From IMG/VR virus record IMGVR_UViG_3300033420_000004, positions 1 through 64,000 of that record: DNA of 64,000 nucleotides; one strand, written 5' to 3'. Numbering within the stretch: the stretch's first letter is position 1; each line of letters opens with the position of its first letter. The notes below the pieces were generated by a model, which saw only the letters and a list, made by a program, of their open reading frames with translations, did not search any database and was not told the origin of the DNA. This DNA is from a virus (taxonomy: Duplodnaviria > Caudoviricetes). A program made the translations under genes and the position numbers. Of this stretch, positions 55,232 to 64,000 are shown piece after piece.

Positions 55232-55938
55232 TGAGTTGGTCCGTTCCTTTAATGTGGGAGGGAGGAGACGTTTGGATTATAGGTGGCGGTCCCAGTGTTT
55301 CTACACAATTTAAAATCCCTGCAAATTTAGTAGGCCGTGTTAGAAATGGAGAATCTCCAATGAATGCACTCTCGCCCTACATGAAAGGAATTCATAATAA
55401 ACATGTTATTGGTATAAATGCCGCTTATCGACTTGGAGATTGGATAGACATAATCTTCTTTGGTGATAACGGCTTTTTTCTTTCAAATTATAACGAGTTG
55501 GCGGTACATCCAGCCATGAAAGTGACTTGTTGGCCAAACTTAAGCGGTCTGTATCCATGGGTGCACTGTGTTGCTCGTGACCCGGAAAAAACAAAGGGGA
55601 TTACCAAAGCTGTAGGAAAATTGAGTTGGAACGGTAACTCAGGCGGTGCTGCTATTAGTGTGGCGGCTCATGCAGGGGCTAAACGAATTTTTCTACTTGG
55701 GTTCGATATGACTTTGGACCCGAATACCAGCCACATGCATTTCCATGATGCATACAAGAGAGGTTCAATTGTGGAGCCTGAAAGGCTCATGAAACTACCT
55801 TTCGACAGACATTCCATAGGATTCCAAGACATTGCTGTAGATGCCAAAGAAATGGGCATTGAAATATATAACGTCAACCCGGCTAGCGGGATTGAATCTT
55901 TCCCTAAAATTTCCTTATCTGAAGCCCTGAACCTATGA
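55231..55938 (+). CDS. Maf/DUF115-like (sialyltransferase-type fold) putative glycosyltransferase
   Basis: VWIIGGGPS, VIGINAAY and NSGGAAISVAAHAGAKRIFLLGFDM. Confidence 0.7.
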   Translation: MSWSVPLMWEGGDVWIIGGGPSVSTQFKIPANLVGRVRNGESPMNALSPYMKGIHNKHVIGINAAYRLGDWIDIIFFGDNGFFLSNYNELAVHPAMKVTCWPNLSGLYPWVHCVARDPEKTKGITKAVGKLSWNGNSGGAAISVAAHAGAKRIFLLGFDMTLDPNTSHMHFHDAYKRGSIVEPERLMKLPFDRHSIGFQDIAVDAKEMGIEIYNVNPASGIESFPKISLSEALNL

Positions 55939-56741
55939 ACATAGTTAAGATATATGGAGGTCTTGGTAATCAGATGTTTCAATACGCCTTTGGAAAAGCT
56001 TTAGAATTCAAGGGTGCCGAGGTGATGTATGATTTGGAATGGTACACAGGTCCAAAGAAGCAGATACAAAGACCTTTAACGCTTGACAAATTCAAAACAA
56101 CGCTTAAAGACGTTAACATACCATCAGTAATAACCAAACATAAAGAAATACGCCATAGTTACCATACTGTCAGGGGCCGTGGATATGATCCAAACCACTT
56201 ATTGATGGATGGGATTTTTTTTATTGGTTATTGGCAGTATTTGATGTATTACAACTCAGTAATGTCTAATGTTTGCAAAGAATTCGTTCTTAAAGAAGAT
56301 TTCTACACTGATTATTATTTGAAGTTAAAAAAGCAGATTTCCGAAAAAGAGTCTGTTTCCTTGCATGTAAGGCGCGGTGATTATGTGAAACTAGGATTTC
56401 CCATGCCACCATTAAAATATTATTTTGAGGCACTGGAAGCAACTCCAGGTGATATCTACATTTTCAGTGACGATATTCGTTGGTGTGGGGAAAAATTCAA
56501 ACCCGATTACTTTGACAGGAAAATAACATTTGTCAGTTCTGAGAGTTATGTTGATTTTGAGCTCATGCGCATGTGCAGCCACAATATTATCGCTGTAAGT
56601 ACTTTCAGTTGGTGGGCGGCAATGGTTAATACCAACCAGAATAAAATTGTGGTGGCTCCTAAAAAATGGTTAGTCACTGAAGACGACCTGCACAAATACA
56701 ATAACGAAATTCACTACCCAACAACCTGGCTAAAAATATGA
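55935..56741 (+). CDS. Alpha-1,2-fucosyltransferase family (GT11)
   Basis: GGLGNQMFQYA, SLHVRRGDY, IFSDD and STFSWWAA. Confidence 0.92.
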   Translation: MNIVKIYGGLGNQMFQYAFGKALEFKGAEVMYDLEWYTGPKKQIQRPLTLDKFKTTLKDVNIPSVITKHKEIRHSYHTVRGRGYDPNHLLMDGIFFIGYWQYLMYYNSVMSNVCKEFVLKEDFYTDYYLKLKKQISEKESVSLHVRRGDYVKLGFPMPPLKYYFEALEATPGDIYIFSDDIRWCGEKFKPDYFDRKITFVSSESYVDFELMRMCSHNIIAVSTFSWWAAMVNTNQNKIVVAPKKWLVTEDDLHKYNNEIHYPTTWLKI

Positions 56742-57505
56742 AACATACAAAAGAATCATACACCGATTTAATGAAATTGGGTTACGGTTATCGTGAGAGT
56801 GTACAAACACTCACCAAGGACTGGGTGCTGCTAACGTCCCTGTATGAAAATAATTACATACAGTCCAAGAAAAAAACAACATCCATACCAAAGAAAATAC
56901 ATCAAATATGGTTGGGTGGAAATCTTCCAGATAAATACAAAAAATTTGCTGAGTCATGGGCTAAAATGAATCCCGACTGGGAGTATAAACTTTGGCTTGA
57001 TGCTGATGCCTTCGACCTGAAAATGGTTAACAGGAGTGTTTTTGATGCTACAACAAACCTCGGCATGAAGTCAGACATAATGCGCTATGAAATTTTGAAT
57101 CAATTTGGTGGTCTTTATGTCGATACTGATTTCGAATGCATCAAACCATTTGACGATTTGATGTACTTAGACTTTTTTACGGGAATTTCGTATGACATAA
57201 AAGCCGAGCTGTATATTGGTATTTTGGCAAGTACGCCAGGGCATCCGATCATGCAGGAATGCGTGAAAGGAATAAAGACTCCGTACAATGGGAATAAGCC
57301 TTTCACGATATTTGAGTTGACAGGACCTTACTACTTTACCCGCAATTTCTTTAAGGTAGCGGAGCAAAATCCTGATGGAATTGTAGCATTTCCCATGGCG
57401 TACTTCTATCCGTTTCCGAATAACAAAAGAAATGAGACAAACCCGTACCAATATGTTCGGGAATGTTCATACGCAATACACCATTGGGGTGTTTCATGGT
57501 TTTAA
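56738..57505 (+). CDS. GT32 / DxD sugar-binding glycosyltransferase
   Basis: IPKKIHQIWLG and KSDIMRYEILNQFGGLYVDTD. Confidence 0.9.
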   Translation: MKHTKESYTDLMKLGYGYRESVQTLTKDWVLLTSLYENNYIQSKKKTTSIPKKIHQIWLGGNLPDKYKKFAESWAKMNPDWEYKLWLDADAFDLKMVNRSVFDATTNLGMKSDIMRYEILNQFGGLYVDTDFECIKPFDDLMYLDFFTGISYDIKAELYIGILASTPGHPIMQECVKGIKTPYNGNKPFTIFELTGPYYFTRNFFKVAEQNPDGIVAFPMAYFYPFPNNKRNETNPYQYVRECSYAIHHWGVSWF

Positions 57506-57516
57506 TACGCTAGATT

Positions 57517-58359
57517 ATGGATTGGATTCAGGGAGACAAGTTTATTGAGTTAGCAGATTTCGTGTACGCTCCTGCAGAACGTCACCCTGACGACTATGGT
57601 AAGTTAGTCAATACCCTTGATATAAAAGCCGGAATATGGTTGAATGATCACCTGAAAGTAAAACCGCCAATTGTTTACACCCACACGTTCTACACCCGCC
57701 AACTGTTTGATGTTTTAAAACACACTCATAGGAACATAATATTGATAACGCATAATTCAGACCTACATGCTACCTGGTCAGAAACTTGGCCGAATAGAAT
57801 TATCAAATGGTATTCCACCAACGTAAATTATGAACGAGATTTTATAGAGTCCATCCCCATTGGCATTGAGAACGATCGTTGGTGTGCAAAGTCCCTCAAA
57901 AAGGAGAAAATGCAAAACATGCTATGCACAAGTAAAACTACTGATGGTTGGTTGTATTTGAATCATAACGTCAAAACAAATCCCGCTGCCCGAGAGGGTA
58001 TTTATGAACTGTTTGAGGGGAAAAAATGGGCAACTATTGAGCGTGGGTTGAACGGCAGCGGTTTTGATTCCTACATAGATAATATTTACCATCACATATA
58101 CACGGCATGTCCCGAAGGTAATGGGATTGACACACACAGAATTTGGGAATGTTTGTACATGGGTTCTTTTCCTGTGGTGAAAAGAAATATTAATAATTCT
58201 TTTTATGAAGGAATTTTGCCTATTTTATTTGTAAATGACTGGAAAGATATTACCTTGGAACTTCTTGTTAACAACTATACTAGGTTATCAGTAATGGATA
58301 CTGAAGCCCTTTCTTTCGAATATTGGAAAACAAAAATACAATCTTATGGCAATAAATGA
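57517..58359 (+). CDS. Exostosin/GT47-like glycosyltransferase
   Basis: CPEGNGIDTHRIWECLYMGSFPVV. Confidence 0.7.
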   Translation: MDWIQGDKFIELADFVYAPAERHPDDYGKLVNTLDIKAGIWLNDHLKVKPPIVYTHTFYTRQLFDVLKHTHRNIILITHNSDLHATWSETWPNRIIKWYSTNVNYERDFIESIPIGIENDRWCAKSLKKEKMQNMLCTSKTTDGWLYLNHNVKTNPAAREGIYELFEGKKWATIERGLNGSGFDSYIDNIYHHIYTACPEGNGIDTHRIWECLYMGSFPVVKRNINNSFYEGILPILFVNDWKDITLELLVNNYTRLSVMDTEALSFEYWKTKIQSYGNK

Positions 58360-58993
58360 CAAGTACATGGAGTTGGTCCAGGACCAACACAAGATTTCCT
58401 ACGATTACTACAAAAAGAACGGGTTTACCACGTACAAAGAATCTCACGACATGTACCTGCGGGGAGAAGCAAACCACATAATTTTTGGGACACACCAGCC
58501 CGTGCTGATTCACATGTTAAACACAGTGTCCGAGGGCAGTGTTTTGGAATTTGGAATGGGTCCAAGCAGTACTCCAATAATATCCATTATCTGCGGGGAA
58601 CAAAATCGATATGTTGTGAGCGTGGACAATAACCCAAAGTGGTTGGAACCTTTGATGTTTTACCAGGATGAAATGCATGACATCAGATTATTTGAGGACG
58701 AGAAAATTCGAAACAGGGAATACACGTTTCTCAATGAAAAATTTACGATAACTCTGATTGATGCACATCCCGCGGAGCTACGCCAGGTAGTGATTGATTT
58801 TATGCGGGACCTTTCTGACTACATAATAGTTCATGATACCGAAGGCGTCGTTAATAATATTGAATACGGATATCACTACGATTTTTCGAAATTCAAGCAT
58901 GTGCTGCATTTCACACACACACACCCAATGACAACCGTCCTATCCAATTTGGATGAGATTAACCCTGAAATACTGAAACTATGGCAAGTCTAG
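58346..58993 (+). CDS. Class I SAM-dependent methyltransferase-like protein
   Basis: VLEFGMGPSST, VVSVD, TLIDAHP...R and IIVHDTE. Confidence 0.65.
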   Translation: MAINDKYMELVQDQHKISYDYYKKNGFTTYKESHDMYLRGEANHIIFGTHQPVLIHMLNTVSEGSVLEFGMGPSSTPIISIICGEQNRYVVSVDNNPKWLEPLMFYQDEMHDIRLFEDEKIRNREYTFLNEKFTITLIDAHPAELRQVVIDFMRDLSDYIIVHDTEGVVNNIEYGYHYDFSKFKHVLHFTHTHPMTTVLSNLDEINPEILKLWQV

Positions 58994-59562
58994 ATATTCT
59001 TTACAGAACCAACAAACACACCACCGATAAAGGTGGACCAAAGCACGACAACCATTCTTATTTTGAGCTGTACGATAAATTGTTCACAAGGCTCCAGCAC
59101 CGCTATGGAAGAGTTTTGGAGATCGGTGTCGAGCGTGGAGATTCATTGAATCTGTGGTCGGAATACTTTATCAATTCAAAAATTTATGGCATTGAGCACA
59201 ACCTTCGCACAATCGATGTAGAATTTCTACCAGGAGTAACTGTGATCGGTGCAGACGCCTATTGTGAAAATACACTCCAATTACTAAGGGGGATAGGCAA
59301 ATTTGATGTTATTATCGATGATGGTGCACACATGCCCCACCAACAAGAATACTTCATGAAACACTATCCAGAGTTACTCGCTGCAGATGGTATTCTGATT
59401 GTTGAGGAGGCTGCCGAGGAAATTAGGCATGATAAAGCGGCAGAAGCTGCTAGGTTGATAGAGTTTCTCCCGCCAAAAATGAGAGAAGTTGCTTATTTTG
59501 ATGACAGGAGAACTATTCGAAATCATCCCGGCGATTGTTTAATTGTTTGTAATATGAAATAG
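58981..59562 (+). CDS. Class I SAM-dependent (sugar O-)methyltransferase
   Basis: TDKG...HSY..LY, VLEIGVERGDSL..WSEYF, FDVIIDDGAH and GILIVEE. Confidence 0.8.
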   Translation: MASLDILYRTNKHTTDKGGPKHDNHSYFELYDKLFTRLQHRYGRVLEIGVERGDSLNLWSEYFINSKIYGIEHNLRTIDVEFLPGVTVIGADAYCENTLQLLRGIGKFDVIIDDGAHMPHQQEYFMKHYPELLAADGILIVEEAAEEIRHDKAAEAARLIEFLPPKMREVAYFDDRRTIRNHPGDCLIVCNMK

Positions 59563-59564
59563 TT

Positions 59565-60410
59565 ATGAAAGTTGGAATAGTTTGTGACACAGCGTACTCC
59601 AGGCACCACCTGTTTATGAGTTATTATAACTCGGTGTCAAATCTTTACGGGAAACCTCAACTTGTGACAAATATTCACAACTTGGAGGGCTTGGAATTAT
59701 TGTTCATTGGAGACGATCATTATCAAGTACATAAGGAAATTTGGCAACAGCCTGGGTTTATTGAGTATTGTAATAAGCACAGTATAAAAGTTGCGGCGTT
59801 AACAAATGAGCGAATTCTAAACTCGTTCTTCTCATGGAATAAAGATAGTTTATTGAAGTTGAAGGAATTCGACCAATTGTACCATTATGCCAATGATGTT
59901 GATGATTGTGACATGTTGGGCCTTAAATTAAACAGAACGGCTCCGTCAAAATCATTTAAGGCGCAGTTCATTCGACCCGAGGTGAAAAAAGACAAGGCTC
60001 TTTGGCTTGGTCGAACAGATTGTAAATCCTATGACGAGCGTAAGGACGTTATAAATATATTGAAAAAGACAATTGAGTTAGACGTTATTGAGTCCACTAT
60101 TCCCAAATGGTCTGATTATGTTGCAAAAATTTCTGAGTACAGGTTCATACTTTCCCCAATTGGAAACGGTAACTTTTTCCCTATGCGAGTGTATGAAGCC
60201 CTTGCTGTAGGCTCAATTCCGATCCATCAAGTGCGGGAAAACACTCTTGACCTATATGACATTGAAAAAGGGTTTGATGATTGTATATTTTTTACCAGCC
60301 CAAATGAACTGAAAGATAAGATAGAAAATTGTACCTTGCAGAAAAGTCACAATGTGATTTGGATGGAGGATAATCTCCAAATAATGTTAAAATTAGATAA
60401 TCTACTCTAA
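59565..60410 (+). CDS. Exostosin/CgeB-like GT-B glycosyltransferase
   Basis: YRFILSPIGNG...RVYEALAVGSIPI. Confidence 0.65.
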   Translation: MKVGIVCDTAYSRHHLFMSYYNSVSNLYGKPQLVTNIHNLEGLELLFIGDDHYQVHKEIWQQPGFIEYCNKHSIKVAALTNERILNSFFSWNKDSLLKLKEFDQLYHYANDVDDCDMLGLKLNRTAPSKSFKAQFIRPEVKKDKALWLGRTDCKSYDERKDVINILKKTIELDVIESTIPKWSDYVAKISEYRFILSPIGNGNFFPMRVYEALAVGSIPIHQVRENTLDLYDIEKGFDDCIFFTSPNELKDKIENCTLQKSHNVIWMEDNLQIMLKLDNLL

Positions 60411-61351
60411 TGGAAAAACGAAGTTTAATTTTAGTCACCGGGGCATCAGGTATGGCCGGGTCCGCTGTTATGAGAGAACTCAGAGAACAGGGATATACCA
60501 ACATTCGGGGCATTGATAAAACACAATGTGACCTGACTGATTCAATAGCAGTAAACGTATTATTTGAGGCTTTGCGCCCTGAATACGTATTTCACATTGC
60601 CGCCAAGGTCGGTGGTATAAATGCAAATAACACACAGAGCGCAGATTTCACCTATGAAAATCTGATGATGGAATGTAACGTCATCCATGCAGCTAAGGTG
60701 TTTGCCGTTAAGAAATTGATATTTTGTGGCAGTGCGTGTATCTATCCGAAAGACACACCTATGCCAATTAAGGAAGAATATTTCCTTTCAGGGAAACTTG
60801 AGGAAACGAATAAAGGATATGCCGTAGCTAAAATCGCAGGGGTTATTTTGTGTGAAATGTACCGTAAGCAATACGGCTGTGATTTTATTTCTGCAATGCC
60901 AACAAACCTGTACGGAGAGAATGACAACTTCCATTTAACAGACTCGCATGTTCTGCCCGCACTTCTCAGAAAATTCCATGATGCAAAGATCAACAACCTT
61001 CCATCAGTTAGTGTTTGGGGATCAGGAATTGCCCGCAGGGAATTTTTGTACATTGGGGATTTAGCTAAGGCACTTATATTCCTCATGAACCATTACAGCA
61101 GCCCTGAACCAATAAATATTGGAACAGGTGACGATATCTGCATAAACAGCTTGGTTGATTTGATTCGGAAAACAGTTGGCTATGCTGGGGAGGTTAAGTG
61201 GGACACATCATATCCTGACGGAGTTACTGTCAGAAATATGGACGTGACAAAATTGACGTTAATGGGCTGGAACGCTGAAACCCCACTGCCTAAAGGTATT
61301 GAGAATGCCTACAAATGGTTTGTTGACAATTTTAATACCGCAAGAAAATGA
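60410..61351 (+). CDS. fcl: GDP-L-fucose synthase (GDP-4-keto-6-deoxymannose epimerase/reductase)
   Basis: GASGMAG, AAKVGGI.AN, GSACIYPK, YAVAK, MPTNLYG.NDNF, SHVLPAL and WGSG...REFL. Confidence 0.95.
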   Translation: MEKRSLILVTGASGMAGSAVMRELREQGYTNIRGIDKTQCDLTDSIAVNVLFEALRPEYVFHIAAKVGGINANNTQSADFTYENLMMECNVIHAAKVFAVKKLIFCGSACIYPKDTPMPIKEEYFLSGKLEETNKGYAVAKIAGVILCEMYRKQYGCDFISAMPTNLYGENDNFHLTDSHVLPALLRKFHDAKINNLPSVSVWGSGIARREFLYIGDLAKALIFLMNHYSSPEPINIGTGDDICINSLVDLIRKTVGYAGEVKWDTSYPDGVTVRNMDVTKLTLMGWNAETPLPKGIENAYKWFVDNFNTARK

Positions 61352-62649
61352 CACAGAGACACACAATATTGCTGGTACTCAGAAGCGGTGGAGACTTCGC
61401 CTTTCGTGATGTTGAGCTTATTGCCAGACATATTAACGGCAAATGGAGGTCTGAGAATCGTCCAAGAATAATATGCTTGTACGACAAAGCATCCGAACCA
61501 TATGATCTTGGAAATCTTGAAATTTTTCCGTTAAAAAATGAATGGCCACGTTGGTGGTCTAGGATGGTTCTGTATAGTCCTGAAATGGAGCAGTACAGAC
61601 CTTTTCTGTATATAGATTTGGATACGGTTATCGTTAAATCACTTGAGCATATCTTTGACCTTGTGTACAAGAACTGTGTGGAATCGAACTTTATTACCCT
61701 TGAAGATTTTTATCAGAAAGGAAAGCTCGCCACAGGTCTTGCATGGATTCCTGCTAAGTCTGATAAGATTTCTCAAATATGGAAAGCATGGCTTAGATCA
61801 GGTCCTGGTCCAGCTCGCATGGATTATTTCCTGAGACAGGCTGTTGACCAGGACAAGTTTTGGCAACAATTAACAGATACAATATACAATTCAAAGCCTC
61901 AGGGACAAGGATTTCTTCAGGAAGTTCCTGCCACGGCAACTATGGTATGTTTCCATGGAAAACCAAGGGTTTATGAAGCTGCGGAAGCTTCCATGGCTTC
62001 TCCTTGGGTGCGAGCGTATGTAGAAACAACATATCCCAAGTACGTTGATAGCCCTAAGGTGACGGTAATAATTCCGTACAAAGTTGATCGTGGTTGGTTA
62101 AAAGAAGCCGTAGCAAGTGTGCCTGATTATTGTCAATTGTTAGTCAGCCAGGGAGAGGGTAATTGGCCTGAGAATTTCAACAAAGCATTACCCATGGCTA
62201 GAGGCAAGTATATAAAATACCTGCACGAAGACGATATGTTAACGCCAAATTGCATCGATGATTCCATTAAAGCCATGGAAGAGCAGAACGCTGATTTCAT
62301 ACACGGTAACGTGATTGAGCTTACTGTAGCCAATGGTAATAAAAAAAATTGGAAAACAACAAAAGAAAATCCTACCTTTGGAGAAATGATGGTAAATAAT
62401 TATATCCATTCTGCGTCTTTGATGTATAAACGTAGTATATTTGATGAAATTGGTGGATTTGAAGAGTCGTTAAATACAGCTGAGGAATATGAGTTCAATT
62501 TGAGATGTTTGAGGTCTGGATATCGCTTGGGATTTTGCCCAACTAATTTGGCGGTTTACAGAAGACATCCACAACAAAAAGTAAGAACAGTTCCTGTAGC
62601 TGAAAAAAATGAAGAAAGAGAATCAGTTAGAAATTTATATAGACAATGA
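61348..62649 (+). CDS. Two-domain glycosyltransferase (GT8-like plus GT2)
   Basis: N-domain WWSRM, LYIDLDTVI and FHGKPR; C-domain VTVIIP, YLHEDD and EEYEFNLR. Confidence 0.8.
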   Translation: MTQRHTILLVLRSGGDFAFRDVELIARHINGKWRSENRPRIICLYDKASEPYDLGNLEIFPLKNEWPRWWSRMVLYSPEMEQYRPFLYIDLDTVIVKSLEHIFDLVYKNCVESNFITLEDFYQKGKLATGLAWIPAKSDKISQIWKAWLRSGPGPARMDYFLRQAVDQDKFWQQLTDTIYNSKPQGQGFLQEVPATATMVCFHGKPRVYEAAEASMASPWVRAYVETTYPKYVDSPKVTVIIPYKVDRGWLKEAVASVPDYCQLLVSQGEGNWPENFNKALPMARGKYIKYLHEDDMLTPNCIDDSIKAMEEQNADFIHGNVIELTVANGNKKNWKTTKENPTFGEMMVNNYIHSASLMYKRSIFDEIGGFEESLNTAEEYEFNLRCLRSGYRLGFCPTNLAVYRRHPQQKVRTVPVAEKNEERESVRNLYRQ

Positions 62650-63359
62650 TTACAAAGTCTCCCATATTAGTTACAGGATGCGCAAGAAGTGGGTCTTCTA
62701 TGATAGCTGCAGCTATAAATGCCTGTGGTGCATTTAGTGGTGAGTTATCAGACCCCAGTCATAGTTCCAAGCGTGGTATGTTTGAAAACATAAGAATACG
62801 GGAAGACCTTGTCAAACCTTATTTTAAACAGGTTGGAATGGACCCGATGGGACAGTTTCCTGTTAAGGATATTTCAAATCTTACCCCTCCAAGTGAATGG
62901 AAATCGATGGTGGAATTAATAATGCAGAAAGAGGGATATAGTGAGGGCGCATGGATGTATAAGGACTCACGATCGGGTTTAATTTGGCCTGTGTGGAATG
63001 CAGCATACCCTGATGCCAAGTGGGTTATTGTTCGCAGGCGCACTGGTGACGTTGTTAATTCCTGTATAAAAACGGGATACATGAAAGCGTTCAAGAGTGC
63101 AGAAAATAGACGTTCGGTAAAAGTTTCTTCAGAGGAAGAAGGCTGGTTGTGGTGGGTTCATGAAAATGAGAAGAGATTCAACGAAATGATTAACGCCGGG
63201 GTTAATTGCAAGGTGATTTGGCCACAGAGAATGGTAAACGGAGATTATACACAATTGTATGAAATAATTGACTGGTTGGGGTTGACTTGGGACAATAAAG
63301 CGTTTAACTTTATACACCCATTGCTTTGGGGTTCAGGAAAAAATAAAGAAAGGGTATAG
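62646..63359 (+). CDS. PAPS-dependent sulfotransferase family protein
   Basis: 5'-PSB ILVTGCARSGSS, WMYKDSR and 3'-PB-like KWVIVRRRTGDVVNS. Confidence 0.8.
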   Translation: MITKSPILVTGCARSGSSMIAAAINACGAFSGELSDPSHSSKRGMFENIRIREDLVKPYFKQVGMDPMGQFPVKDISNLTPPSEWKSMVELIMQKEGYSEGAWMYKDSRSGLIWPVWNAAYPDAKWVIVRRRTGDVVNSCIKTGYMKAFKSAENRRSVKVSSEEEGWLWWVHENEKRFNEMINAGVNCKVIWPQRMVNGDYTQLYEIIDWLGLTWDNKAFNFIHPLLWGSGKNKERV

Positions 63360-63361
63360 TT

Positions 63362-63754
63362 ATGGCAGCTAGAGTATCGGCAGATGATGTAAAAGAAATC
63401 ATGGAGACTTCTACCGTTAATATTGACGATAAGATAGAAGCTATGATTATTTCCGCAGACCTGATTATTACTCAGGTTTTTCAGGGAGATACCTCCACGG
63501 GGACGGCTTTGATAAAAGAAATTGAGCGTTGGTTTGTGGCACACATGGTGTCAGTAACACTTCGCAGGACAGTTTCTGAAGAAGGTATTGGTGACGTTAG
63601 AATTAAGTACGCAGGTGTGTTTACCGAAGGACTTAAATCAACGCCATACGGGCAGATGGTTTTAACTCTTGACACCTCTGGTCGAATGGCTAGAAGTGGG
63701 AAGGCTGTAGCCGGAATATTTGCAGTACCAACAACCACCGAAACTTTTGAGTAA
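63362..63754 (+). CDS. Head-tail connector/adaptor (DUF4054-like)
   Basis: EIERWFVAHMV...I.DVRIKY...LKSTPYGQMVLTLDTSG. Confidence 0.75.
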   Translation: MAARVSADDVKEIMETSTVNIDDKIEAMIISADLIITQVFQGDTSTGTALIKEIERWFVAHMVSVTLRRTVSEEGIGDVRIKYAGVFTEGLKSTPYGQMVLTLDTSGRMARSGKAVAGIFAVPTTTETFE

Positions 63755-64000
63755 TGAGTATAGAATCCTACATAGCGTCACTGTGTCTGCAAAAAGCAGT
63801 ATACTGGGGAGCTCCTACCAATGACGGGTACGGACAGTTCACGTTCAGCCCAGGGATAGAGATCGATTGCCGTTGGGAAAATAAGGAGCAGATTGTTGCA
63901 CAAGAAATGGAAAAAGCAGTAATCTTTAGGTCTATTATATATGTTTTACAGGACCTGGACACCGATGGTCTTCTGTGGCTTGGAACAGCAGATGCTGTAG
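63754..64000 (+). CDS. Probable head-closure protein, 3'-truncated and absent from the ORF track
   Basis: TAATG-coupled ORF MSIESYIASLCLQKAVYWGAPTNDGYG...IDCRWE, open to the window end. Confidence 0.65.
   Translation, partial: MSIESYIASLCLQKAVYWGAPTNDGYGQFTFSPGIEIDCRWENKEQIVAQEMEKAVIFRSIIYVLQDLDTDGLLWLGTADAV

Noticed and set aside
55231-63359. DNA hypermodification as the main role of the GT cluster
   Set aside because: No thymidylate-synthase-like hydroxymethylase, TET/JBP or nucleotide kinase gene in the window, and the cluster is in the late head operon. Downgraded, not excluded.
1-64000. CRISPR array, diversity-generating retroelement, integrase, alternative genetic code
   Set aside because: No repeat-spacer array, reverse transcriptase or recombinase motifs were seen by eye. 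Genes are full-length and tightly packed under the standard code, so there is no sign of stop-codon reassignment.

Overview
This window is a segment of a tailed dsDNA bacteriophage genome (Caudoviricetes). No host genes, integrase, tRNA, rRNA or CRISPR array are visible. The host is probably a member of Bacteroidota, inferred from TTTG-N19/20-TAnnTTTG promoters, A-rich non-SD leaders and a Bacteroidota-type lipoprotein signal. Layout: (+) 1-5038 end of a tail-fibre gene and an amidase/holin/spanin-like lysis cassette, then a bidirectional terminator. (-) 5.07-32.6 kb small mosaic genes and a large replication/recombination block: split SbcC with SbcD, RuvC, RecA, gp32-like SSB, UvsY, clamp loader, split PolA, clamp, DnaB, DnaC-like loader, initiator, primase, sigma factor and SNF2 helicase. 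(-) 32.6-37.9 kb small early genes. 37.9-39.0 kb non-coding divergent control region with phased A-tracts. (+) 39.0-64.0 kb terminase, portal, an 8-kb inserted cassette of probable structural genes, MuF, protease/scaffold, decoration protein and major capsid, then a ten-gene glycan synthesis/modification cluster, then head-tail connector genes. The most striking element is that cluster (Maf-like, GT11, GT32, two exostosin-like GTs, two methyltransferases, GDP-fucose synthase, a GT8-like/GT2 fusion and a sulfotransferase) inside the head operon, a candidate virion glycosylation system. Also notable is a four-copy phage-specific promoter, TTTGAA(C/T)ACAG-N14-GTATAATAT. All family assignments come from motif recognition by eye; no database search was run.
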